Positions 18,046-26,497 of a stretch of DNA of 50,833 nt are shown here, piece by piece. Every line of letters begins with the position of its first letter. Position 1 is the stretch's first letter. The notes beneath the pieces are model-generated. The model saw nothing but the letters and a program-made list of their open reading frames with translations, had not been told where the DNA came from and made no database searches. This DNA comes from Candidatus Giovannonibacteria bacterium (GTDB lineage: Bacteria; Patescibacteriota; Minisyncoccia; UBA11713; 2-01-FULL-45-33). Made by a program: the position numbers and the translations under genes. The DNA lies in NCBI GenBank assembly GCA_016176295.1, contig JACOXN010000010.1, forward strand, positions 1-50,833, written 5' to 3'.

Positions 18046-18768
18046 TTAAAATGTTATTAACGCAAGACATCCGCGAAACGGTTTTGGAGACGGTCTTATA
18101 TTTAACGCAGTACTTTCTTTTGCCAGTATTAATTCAGCGTTGCCTGTTTGGAATAAAAGACCTATTGGATTTTCAGCAGCAATCTTGCTGACAAATTTAA
18201 GTCCGTTCCCACGGTTTTCCGGCGACCGGCCCGAAATTATTTCCGTAAATGCCACTTTTAAAGCTTCTTCGTCCGAATTTAATCCGGGCTTCACGCGTTT
18301 TAATGTGGTAAAAATACCCAATCCTCTATCCGCCAATATTATTTTTTTCTTTTGCGCGTCATAGGCAAAAAATATACCGGGCGTATCCGGCCAATTTCCT
18401 AAATTATGATCGAAAGAATTGTTGCCAATCTCACCCGCTACTGCGACTACCAGCGTGAATATTGGAGCCAATTCTTTTTTTCCTTCAAGGATGCTTTGCA
18501 TTCGGATCAATCTGGTTTGAAATTCCGCGCTGTTTGAACAATAAAATGTCGCAGGGATTTCAATACTTTTTAAGACCCAATCTTTTGCCAATCCAAAAAG
18601 ATCATTTAGAAAAAGTTCTATTTGGATTCTATCATACAAACGGTAACCGGAGTCAGAAATCTTGGCGGGGTTCAATTTTCCGCTTTTATCCCAACGCCTA
18701 AGTGTATCTATTGAAACACCTAGTATTTCCGCGGCCTCGCTTATTGTTAAAAGGTCTTTTTCTGACAT
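18046..18768 (-). CDS. MerR/BldC-like HTH fused to a histidine kinase-like ATPase
   Basis: LLTISEAAEILGVSIDTLRRWDKSGKL...GYRLY; E..NNSFDH, DRGLGI and RGNGL boxes. Confidence 0.85.
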   Translation of the reverse strand: MSEKDLLTISEAAEILGVSIDTLRRWDKSGKLNPAKISDSGYRLYDRIQIELFLNDLFGLAKDWVLKSIEIPATFYCSNSAEFQTRLIRMQSILEGKKELAPIFTLVVAVAGEIGNNSFDHNLGNWPDTPGIFFAYDAQKKKIILADRGLGIFTTLKRVKPGLNSDEEALKVAFTEIISGRSPENRGNGLKFVSKIAAENPIGLLFQTGNAELILAKESTALNIRPSPKPFRGCLALITF

Positions 18769-18777
18769 ATTGGTTTA

Positions 18778-18826
18778 AATATAGCACACATATAAACACT
18801 ATGCAAATAACTCTAAACCCTATGCA
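18778..18826 (-). promoter_or_regulatory. Sigma70-type promoter overlapped by two 13-bp direct repeats
   Basis: Minus strand TTGCAT-17 bp-TATATT with extended TG; taaac(a/c)ctatgca at 18793 and 18814. Confidence 0.65.
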
Positions 18827-18885
18827 GTCGACGGCTTCACTATATATCGGGTTTAACAAAAAAACGTCTTTTCCAAATAGAGTTT

Positions 18886-18959
18886 TGGCTGCGAAGCTTG
18901 GATTCGAACCAAGATACCCGCCTCCAAAGGGCGGTGTCCTACCATTAGACGACTCCGCA
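18886..18959 (-). tRNA. tRNA-Gln(TTG)
   Basis: TGCGGAG/CTTCGCA acceptor, ccgcc-CTTTGGA-ggcgg anticodon arm, GGTTCGAATCC, encoded CCA. Confidence 0.96.
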
Positions 18960-19062
18960 ATATATTTATGTATACCAAAAAAATCCTGTAATTTCAATCG
19001 GAATAAACTATAAAAAATGGTAAAATAAATCACTTAACAAACATAGTCTTGGCTGGACATCC

Positions 19063-19314
19063 ATGTATTACGTTTATCTCTTACTTTGTAGGAACAAAAG
19101 CATCTATACCGGTATCACCACTGACCCGGAAAGGAGATTAAGCGAACACAAAAATAAAAAAGGCGGGCATTATACGAGCGCGCATGGAGCGGTGAAGATA
19201 TTGCATACGGAAGAATATCCGACGAGGAGTACTGCTCTAAAGCGCGAAGCCGAGATCAAAAGCTGGCGGCGGAAGAAAAAAATAGAATTGGCTTCATCAA
19301 TGACCTCTATTTGA
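19063..19314 (+). CDS. GIY-YIG nuclease (YhbQ/YazA-like)
   Basis: YYVYLL...IYTGITTD..RR..EH, ALKRE..IK. Confidence 0.9.
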   Translation: MYYVYLLLCRNKSIYTGITTDPERRLSEHKNKKGGHYTSAHGAVKILHTEEYPTRSTALKREAEIKSWRRKKKIELASSMTSI

Positions 19315-20779
19315 GTACGCCCCACATGCCGGGGTCTTCTCCGCCGTCTATTTTAAAAACGGCGACTCCGCGCACGCCGAGAGACTTGGCAAGCTCGACT
19401 TTCTCCTGTATTGCGTTGGCATCGCTCCAGGAAAGATAGTTGAAAGGCCCTAAAATGGCCGCGGTTTGGCCCGAGTTTTCAGAAATAGAAGTTGAGGCAA
19501 TGCGCTGTTGCGCTTGCGTTGAATCCGCGCCCGTGGGAGCGGGTTCCAGAAGTTTTGCATCATATGTGAACGCTATTTCATGGGCACTGTTGCGCGCCGG
19601 AGCGATTCCCAATTTTGCCCCGATATCCGTGGCATACTTGGGATTGAACGGCCAAAGAAGTTTGTATTGATATTTGGAATTTGCAAGCGGTGTTACCTGA
19701 TACTCATATCCGTAAGTGGGTATGCCGATAATTAATTTGTTCCTGTCTATGGTCCGGGCGGCCAACATCACGAGCCCTTCCACCCATGCGGGGTCCGAGA
19801 CCGGCGCGTAAGGGGCGGCCCGCAGGCCGTTTAGGTAAATATCTATCGTGCCCTGGTCATAGGCCATTATTTCCACCCGGTCGCAGTATTTATTCAAGGC
19901 TATGTAGTCATTTGCATAATCAGTGGCATCCGGCGGTATTACGGCCCCGGGGCTGAAGCGGTGTTCCAAAGGCATCCGCGCCTCCACCGTGCAGTAGACC
20001 CATTTGCTGCCCATTCTCTGGTAAAGCCCTTTCAAAAAAGTTGAAAAGTAATTTATCGTCTCGCGGTTCTTTGCTTCAAAATCTATATCAATGCCGTCGA
20101 AGCCGTTTTCTTTTACCACTCTCGCAATCTCGTCTTCAAGAGCGATGCGCTTCCCGGTGTCGCTCAAAATTGCATGGATGGAGTCTCCGTTGCCCCACAT
20201 GACGGTCGGGACCACGCGAACCTTCGCGGCTTTTGCCGCGGCGATAAATGATTTCCACGGCTCTTCCGATAAACGCGCGGTATCGGCGAGAGTGCCGTCG
20301 CTTTTCATCGTGTAGCCGAAAGGCATCACGCTTTTTAACTGCGTTATATGGTTTAGCGCATCTTCCGTGCCGGTGGCGGCGCGCCAATAGGGGACCCATC
20401 CGGAAAATTCAAAAGATCCGGTCGCTGCCGGCGTCATTTTTTCAGAAAGAGTTGCGGGATTAGTCGGGAAACTGGCAGCCAATGCCATCGCGGCCTGGGT
20501 TTTTGGCCCGTAAACGCCGTAGCCCACCGCCCCGGCTTTGCAGACGATGTTTTGCGCGCATTGGAATTTTTTCAAAGCGGCTTCCGTGAGCGCCCCGAAA
20601 TAACCGGTATTTTTCCCGGCTTCAAGATGGCCGAGAGTGATAAGTTTTCCCTGCAGGGTTTTTACATCATTTCCGTAAACCCCAAGATAAAGCGACCGCG
20701 CGGCCGCAAAAGAGCTCACCGGGCTAATGATTCCAAGCAAGATAAAAATGAAGGCTACGGATGATACTCGAATTTTCAT
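19307..20779 (-). CDS. Secreted GH18 glycoside hydrolase with N-terminal peptidoglycan-binding domain
   Basis: G.DVKTLQ..L...TGYFG.LT.AALKKFQ; FDGIDIDFE, MAYD, IGIPTYG. Confidence 0.9.
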   Translation of the reverse strand: MKIRVSSVAFIFILLGIISPVSSFAAARSLYLGVYGNDVKTLQGKLITLGHLEAGKNTGYFGALTEAALKKFQCAQNIVCKAGAVGYGVYGPKTQAAMALAASFPTNPATLSEKMTPAATGSFEFSGWVPYWRAATGTEDALNHITQLKSVMPFGYTMKSDGTLADTARLSEEPWKSFIAAAKAAKVRVVPTVMWGNGDSIHAILSDTGKRIALEDEIARVVKENGFDGIDIDFEAKNRETINYFSTFLKGLYQRMGSKWVYCTVEARMPLEHRFSPGAVIPPDATDYANDYIALNKYCDRVEIMAYDQGTIDIYLNGLRAAPYAPVSDPAWVEGLVMLAARTIDRNKLIIGIPTYGYEYQVTPLANSKYQYKLLWPFNPKYATDIGAKLGIAPARNSAHEIAFTYDAKLLEPAPTGADSTQAQQRIASTSISENSGQTAAILGPFNYLSWSDANAIQEKVELAKSLGVRGVAVFKIDGGEDPGMWGVLK

Positions 20780-20887
20780 GAGTTTATTATAACAGACTAA
20801 CATATCTATATAGACGTAAAGAAGAGTAAAATATTTCAAAGACTTTTTTGCACTCCGTAATAAAAAAACTCCGGAGGGCGGAGTTTG

Positions 20888-21262
20888 TTATTTTTTTTGG
20901 CGGCACGGATCGCAGAGCGTGGAAATCCAGCCCTGCTGGTTAGGTTTTCCGGGTGCTCCGCATGCTTCGCAAATCGTGAAGCTTATTGCTTCGGCTTCAT
21001 CAATAAGCTTAAAAACCGCTTCGGCCTTTTCAAGCTCGATACCTCCGGGGTAAAAGCGAAGTCCGCCGAATTTTTCTTTCACTTGCACAACCTCAAAGAC
21101 TTTTAGCTTCAGCGCCGACAGTTTTTCGCAAAGTTCTTTTATGAGCGGAAACCAGCCGTCCCCGCATTCGAATCCGAACGCCATCAGCGATTCGGTCAAT
21201 GGCTTTTTCGGCTGGAAGAAATTGAAATTATCTATCAAATATTTCGTATTTTGTTCATTCAT
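20888..21262 (-). CDS. Conserved hypothetical protein with C-terminal zinc ribbon (phage-type QVKEKFGGLRFY family)
   Basis: ECGDGW, QVKEKFGGLRFY, CEACG...LCDPC. Confidence 0.7.
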   Translation of the reverse strand: MNEQNTKYLIDNFNFFQPKKPLTESLMAFGFECGDGWFPLIKELCEKLSALKLKVFEVVQVKEKFGGLRFYPGGIELEKAEAVFKLIDEAEAISFTICEACGAPGKPNQQGWISTLCDPCRQKK

Positions 21263-21352
21263 GCATCACTCCTATTCTAGTTTTAATTTACATAATTATC
21301 CGTTTGGAATCAATTTATTGATAATGTTCCAGGAATCGCTACAATTAATATC

Positions 21353-21898
21353 ATGCCAATCTCAATAACCTATTTTGTGCACGGAACCACCACCGATAAC
21401 GAAAAAGGAGTTTCGTCCGGATGGGCGGAGAGCGAGCTTTCGGAGATGGGGAGGACGCAATCCGAAATGTTAAAGTATGAGGTGAGTGCAAAAAAATTCG
21501 ATGCGGTTTTTTCTTCCGATCTAAAGCGCGCGGTGGATGCCGCGAAGCTTACCTTTGGCGATCAGGCGCAGATACTTCCCGATAAGCGCCTCCGCGAATG
21601 CAATTACGGCAAATTCAACGCCCAGCTTTCAAGCATCGTGGAACCCATGCAGGAAAAATGCATAACCGAACCTTTTCCGGAAGGCGAGTCATACGAGGAT
21701 GTTAAAAAGCGCATAGCGGATTTTTTAGAATTTCTCAAAAAAAATTACGACGGGAAGAAAATAGCCATTGTCGCCCACAAAGCGCCCCAGCTTGCGCTCG
21801 ACGTACTGCTAAAAAACAAAACCTGGGAGCAGGCCTTCGCCGAGGACTGGCGCAAAACCAAAGCCTGGAAACCCGGCTGGGAGTATCAATTGCCGTAA
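21353..21898 (+). CDS. Histidine phosphatase family protein
   Basis: FVHGTT (RHG variant), FSSDLKRA, LRECNYG, PEGES, IVAH. Confidence 0.9.
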   Translation: MPISITYFVHGTTTDNEKGVSSGWAESELSEMGRTQSEMLKYEVSAKKFDAVFSSDLKRAVDAAKLTFGDQAQILPDKRLRECNYGKFNAQLSSIVEPMQEKCITEPFPEGESYEDVKKRIADFLEFLKKNYDGKKIAIVAHKAPQLALDVLLKNKTWEQAFAEDWRKTKAWKPGWEYQLP

Positions 21899-21906
21899 AC
21901 CTCAGG

Positions 21907-21939
21907 CTACCTTCTCTAATTCGCGCGAATGGTTGAATA
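21907..21939 (+). repeat. 33-bp direct repeat, copy 1 (palindrome plus -35 box)
   Basis: ctaccttctctaattcgcgcgaatggttgaata, identical to 22234-22266. Confidence 0.95.
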
Positions 21940-21967
21940 ATTTTATGGCGTGTGCTAGTTTTGGTAA

Positions 21968-22246
21968 ATGAAAAATCAAAAAGATCTTAGGCCGCTTGAA
22001 AAAACTTTGAAAGCTTTATCAAATAAGCGCCGACTGGGTATTTTATCTTTTTTAAAAAAATCCGGCGAAGCTTCAGTGGGAGATATCGCCGAAGACATTA
22101 ATCTCTCTTTCAAGGCTACATCCAAACATCTCGGCATCCTATTTTCCGCTGATATTGTCGAAAGAGCGCAAAGGAGCTTGCAAATGTTGTATTCGATCTC
22201 CGCAGATCAATCTGCCGCAGCCAAACAAATACTCTACCTTCTCTAA
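21968..22246 (+). CDS. ArsR/SmtB family transcriptional regulator
   Basis: LKALSN.RRL.IL...SVGDIA...SKHL..L. Confidence 0.9.
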   Translation: MKNQKDLRPLEKTLKALSNKRRLGILSFLKKSGEASVGDIAEDINLSFKATSKHLGILFSADIVERAQRSLQMLYSISADQSAAAKQILYLL

Positions 22247-22266
22247 TTCGCGCGAATGGTTGAATA
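22234..22266 (+). repeat. 33-bp direct repeat, copy 2 (includes the ArsR stop codon)
   Basis: Identical to 21907-21939. Confidence 0.95.
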
Positions 22267-22304
22267 GTTATTTAAGAATAGGTATAATCAAAATGAAATA
22301 ACCC

Positions 22305-24173
22305 ATGCAAAACTCCAACGTAAAAACCTTCAATACTTCCGAAGGAAAGCCCGTGCGCGTCAGGAATATATTTAAGATATATATTTCAGAGATGCTGAAA
22401 TTCCCGTGGCTCGTAACTTTTCTGGTTGTGAGCACGATCGGCATGCAGATAGCGGACCTGGCGGCCCCGATTTATTTGAAAAGATTCTTCAACCTGCTCG
22501 CTGCCAACGATACTTCGCAGGCTCCGGAGCTTTTTTGGATCGTGGGCATAGTGGCGATAATTTCTTTTCTGGGATGGCTCGCGCGCCGCGTGCAGGCTTA
22601 CAGCAACATGAATATGGAGTCGAAAGTAATGGCAAATCTCTATTCGTCGGCTTTTTATTACATGCTCAAGCACTCCTACCGCTTTTTCATTTCCCGTTTC
22701 AGCGGAACTCTCACGAGGCGCGTAAGTAAATTTGCCGGCGCTTTCGAAATGATGGCCGACGCCATAATTCAACAGTTTCTACCTGCGGCGTTTTTTGCCG
22801 TCGGTGCGGTGACCGTGCTTTTTTTTAGAAACCACACCCTGGGTATAATTCTCGGAGTTTGGGCGGTAGTGTTCGTTATTTTCCAGATATATGTGGCAAA
22901 GCTCCGCAGACCCCTCCGCGCCGCGCGCGCCGAGGCCGATAGCCGAATGATCGGCTCTCTTTCGGATGCGATATCCAATCAAAATACCATTGCGCTTTTT
23001 TCGGGAAACGAATATGAACAAGGCCGTTTCCGCGAGACGGTCAACGTATGGCAGAAAGCGACGCTTCGCACCTGGAACGCTGATGAGCTCGTCTGGTCCG
23101 TTCTCGGCGTTCTGATGGTGGGAATAAATATCGGCCTGCTTTACGGCGCCGTGATTTTTTGGAGAAAAGGGCTTTTGATGGTCGGCGATTTCGTGCTTAT
23201 CCAAAGCTATTTACTCGGGCTCTTTGAACGCCTCATGAGCATCAACCGCGAGATAAGGCGATTTTACAACGCCTTCGCTGATGCCGCCGAAATGGTTGAA
23301 ATTCTTGAAGAGCCGCATGAAATAAAAAATGTTCCCGGCGCATTGCCGCTTGAAACATCCGGTTGTGAAATTGAATTCAAAAATGTCGATTTTTATTTTT
23401 ACCCCGGCCGCCCGTTATTGAACAAATTTAATCTGAAAATAAAGGGGGGAGAAAAGCTCGCATTGGTCGGGACTTCCGGCGCCGGGAAATCCACGGTCAC
23501 GAAGCTCCTTTTGCGCCTTTTCGACATCGCGGGCGGCGAGATATTGATCGACGGAGAGAACATCGCCAAGGTTGCGCAGGACAGTCTGCGTGAAGCCATT
23601 GCTTTCGTCCCGCAGGAGCCGATACTTTTCCACCGAACTCTTTTGGAGAACATCCGCTACGGCAAGAGAGAGGCGAGCGATGAAGAAGTGCTTGAGGCCG
23701 CAAAAAAAGCCCATTGCCATGAATTTATTGCCGAGCTCCCCGAGGGATACCAAACTTATGTGGGCGAGCGCGGAGTGAAGCTTTCGGGAGGAGAACGCCA
23801 GCGCGTCGCGATTGCGCGGGCAATTTTAAAAAATGCGCCGATCCTCGTGCTAGACGAAGCGACCTCCAGCCTGGACTCCGAATCCGAGGCTTTGATTCAG
23901 GACGCTTTGCACACTCTGATGGAGGGAAAAACCGTACTGGTGATAGCGCACCGCCTCTCAACCATCATGAAAATGGACCGCATTGTCGTCATCGAAAGCG
24001 GAAAAGTCGTGGCGGAGGGCACGCACCGAGAGCTCCTAAAGCAAGAAGGCGGACTTTACCAAAAGTTATGGAACATCCAGGCCGGAGGATTCCAAGAGGA
24101 GGATGAAGAGCCGGAGAAGCCGGCAGTAGAAGTCGAAACCGAGGAACTGGCGGAGCACCCGGAAGAAAAATAG
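22305..24173 (+). CDS. ABC exporter, fused permease/ATPase
   Basis: TM domain, then GTSGAGKST, LSGGERQR, LDEATS. Confidence 0.95.
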   Translation: MQNSNVKTFNTSEGKPVRVRNIFKIYISEMLKFPWLVTFLVVSTIGMQIADLAAPIYLKRFFNLLAANDTSQAPELFWIVGIVAIISFLGWLARRVQAYSNMNMESKVMANLYSSAFYYMLKHSYRFFISRFSGTLTRRVSKFAGAFEMMADAIIQQFLPAAFFAVGAVTVLFFRNHTLGIILGVWAVVFVIFQIYVAKLRRPLRAARAEADSRMIGSLSDAISNQNTIALFSGNEYEQGRFRETVNVWQKATLRTWNADELVWSVLGVLMVGINIGLLYGAVIFWRKGLLMVGDFVLIQSYLLGLFERLMSINREIRRFYNAFADAAEMVEILEEPHEIKNVPGALPLETSGCEIEFKNVDFYFYPGRPLLNKFNLKIKGGEKLALVGTSGAGKSTVTKLLLRLFDIAGGEILIDGENIAKVAQDSLREAIAFVPQEPILFHRTLLENIRYGKREASDEEVLEAAKKAHCHEFIAELPEGYQTYVGERGVKLSGGERQRVAIARAILKNAPILVLDEATSSLDSESEALIQDALHTLMEGKTVLVIAHRLSTIMKMDRIVVIESGKVVAEGTHRELLKQEGGLYQKLWNIQAGGFQEEDEEPEKPAVEVETEELAEHPEEK

Positions 24174-24261
24174 ACCAAAACGTGTTAAGATGAATCTATG
24201 GAAGCAGCATACTTCATAATGCCGTGCTAGACTTGTTGCAGACCTGCAGGGAGGATAAATA

Positions 24262-24840
24262 ATGTTCATGGTTTTCACGGCTCTTACAATGCTCGGAGCG
24301 TGCTTTTATCTTTCGATCTTTGAATGGAGCTTCCATAAATTCGTAATGCACAGGCCGCTTTGGCGCTTTAATTACCCCTTCTTTTCGCATGCTCTGAAAC
24401 ACCACCGCATATTCAATGCAGATAGAAGCTATCATATGCAAAATGAAAGCGACAGGCGGACGATTCCCATGGCCTGGTGGAACGGACCGGCGCTTATCGC
24501 ACTAACTACATCTCCGGCTCTCCTCTTTAGCCTGGCGTTTGATACGTGGTGGTTAGCTTTGGGATTTTTTCTGGCCTCAGCGCTTTACTACTCCGCTTAC
24601 GAATATTTACACTGGTGCATGCACCTGCCGCACCGACGCATGGTCGAGCGTTCGGGACTTTTTTCCCGTTTAAACGGCCATCACCTGCTCCATCACCGAT
24701 GGATGGCGGCAAATTACAATGTCGTCTTCCCGTTTGCCGACCTGATATTCGGGACGCTGCTCACCCGCGCCAGATTTAAATTTAATCAGGCCGAAGGAGA
24801 ATCCGTTCCCAACGTCCAGCCGCTCGGTAAATACGCGTGA
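24262..24840 (+). CDS. Fatty acid hydroxylase/sterol desaturase superfamily protein
   Basis: His boxes HKFVMH, HALKHH, HWCMH, HHLLHH; NYNVV. Confidence 0.85.
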   Translation: MFMVFTALTMLGACFYLSIFEWSFHKFVMHRPLWRFNYPFFSHALKHHRIFNADRSYHMQNESDRRTIPMAWWNGPALIALTTSPALLFSLAFDTWWLALGFFLASALYYSAYEYLHWCMHLPHRRMVERSGLFSRLNGHHLLHHRWMAANYNVVFPFADLIFGTLLTRARFKFNQAEGESVPNVQPLGKYA

Positions 24841-24894
24841 AATAAAAAACCTTCGCCTGCCGGCGGAGGATTTTTTTTATGATATAATATTTGG

Positions 24895-26049
24895 ATGAAA
24901 TTTAGGAAAATAATTCCGGCGCTTCTTTTTTTTCCGATCGTGATTTTTGCCCAGGATGCTGGCACGTCGGACCCTAAGCAGGCACCCGACCCTGTCGGCG
25001 GCAGCGTAATTGAAGCGCCTCCGGAGGCGGCTTCCGCGGCCGCACCGGCAGCCACGGGCAGTGCCGTTGGGACTCCGAGAGACCCCGGCTCTTTGCCGGA
25101 GGGCGCAAGCAACCCCGCTTCTCCCGGGCCGGCAGTTCCCTCCATAGTAAGGCCGACCACTCCAAGCGTCACGCCAACGGCCATACTTTCACCGACACCG
25201 TCAACAGCTTCAGACAATGAGACTCCGCCGGAAGAAAATAACCGGGTTCTTTACGGAATTTTAGGCACGATCGGCGCCCTGGCTTTAATTTTTGGCGCGA
25301 CTAATTTTTTGCGTAAGCGCACGCAAAAACAAAATAATCAAAAGAACGATGAAAACTGCGACAGCATCCGGGAACTTCTCCGAAAAAAACAAAAAGAACT
25401 TGTGGAGTCGGCTAAAAACTGGCCCAAAGACAAATTGAAAGCGGTCTTAAAGGAAAAGGCTCTCGGACTGCTTACGGACGAGCAGAAAAAAATGCTAAAA
25501 CAGGCGGAGGAAGCAAAAGAAAAATTCGATAAATTAAAGGCAGACGTCGAATTACTGCAGAATAAATTCGACCTCTGCATGCTAAAACTTCCTTCAAAAA
25601 ATGAGCTCATTTTCAAAAAAGCGGAGGCTACCGATGAGGACATAAAAAAATATTTGGAGGTGGAAAAAACCGCCATCGGCCAGAAAACTTACTCCGGTAT
25701 CTCCGACCCGGGCGAAGCGAAAAAAGAAATGCGGACAAATGAAGTATTTTTTATTTTTAAAAACGGCAAGCTGGCGGGCACTTGCCAATACGAATTAAAA
25801 ACTCCTGATTGCGCGTATTTAAGCGGAATTGTTATAATTCCAGATTTCCAGGGACAGGGGATTGCGAGGAAAGCGGCGGATTTCCGTCTGAAAAAATTGA
25901 AATACATGAAGCGCATTGAAGTCGCTACCCACCCGGATAACGCCAAAATGCTTCATATATATGTATCACTTGGCTTTAAAGTCGAATCACGGCGGGAAAA
26001 TTATTACGGCGACGGCGAGCCGAGGATGCTGCTTGTTCTCAGGAGATAA
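24895..26049 (+). CDS. Membrane protein: signal peptide, Pro/Ala-rich linker, TM, coiled coil, C-terminal GNAT
   Basis: PDFQGQGIA (motif A), N..M..IY.SLGF, ENYYGDGE. Confidence 0.75.
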   Translation: MKFRKIIPALLFFPIVIFAQDAGTSDPKQAPDPVGGSVIEAPPEAASAAAPAATGSAVGTPRDPGSLPEGASNPASPGPAVPSIVRPTTPSVTPTAILSPTPSTASDNETPPEENNRVLYGILGTIGALALIFGATNFLRKRTQKQNNQKNDENCDSIRELLRKKQKELVESAKNWPKDKLKAVLKEKALGLLTDEQKKMLKQAEEAKEKFDKLKADVELLQNKFDLCMLKLPSKNELIFKKAEATDEDIKKYLEVEKTAIGQKTYSGISDPGEAKKEMRTNEVFFIFKNGKLAGTCQYELKTPDCAYLSGIVIIPDFQGQGIARKAADFRLKKLKYMKRIEVATHPDNAKMLHIYVSLGFKVESRRENYYGDGEPRMLLVLRR

Positions 26050-26081
26050 TTCACCTATTTTTATCCAGATTAAAAAATTGA

Positions 26082-26360
26082 AAAAAATACCGCCCTTTTT
26101 ACTGGACGGCTTAAAATTGGTTGCGGTTCCTCCGCACATCCTTACGGCTATGCTTCGCGGGAACCGCATTGGCCCGCCTACCACAGCGGTTGTTTTACAG
26201 AGCACTCGACGAGGTAACCCTCGCGCCTTCTCTGCGCTGCCCGTAGCATCGGCGCATCCTTGAACCCGGCGGGTATAAAGATGCTTGGACCTTATCTGAC
26301 GGTCTGGGTTTCACCCTCTCGACAATTTTGGTTATATATTTGTCTTTCGGCAGGCTCTGA
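26082..26360 (-). ncRNA. Putative structured non-coding RNA of unknown family
   Basis: At least 8 stems, upstream TG-n-GATACT promoter-like element, terminal hairpin plus T7. Confidence 0.6.
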
Positions 26361-26399
26361 AATTAAAGTATCACATTGACACCCGACATTCAAACCTAC

Positions 26400-26428
26400 T
26401 GGACATACAAAATTTTATATGATATAGT
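26400..26428 (+). promoter_or_regulatory. Promoter of the cold-shock gene
   Basis: TGGACA-17 bp-TATAGT with extended TG. Confidence 0.7.
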
Positions 26429-26497
26429 TGGTTCTTACCGAGTTTAGAAACTAGTCGAGTTTTCCGAGTTGGGTAAATTTAATAGAAAAACAATCAT

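Noticed and set aside
18698-19033. ORFs spanning tRNA-Gln
   Set aside because: Spurious frames overlapping the tRNA and promoter
18886-21262. Prophage or integrative element at tRNA-Gln
   Set aside because: No integrase, structural genes or duplicated tRNA-Gln end seen; the GIY-YIG is the small stand-alone type
26100-26330. c-di-AMP riboswitch, group I intron or 6S RNA assignment
   Set aside because: Only short motif resemblances, in the wrong order or spacing; no downstream gene on that strand; left as unknown ncRNA
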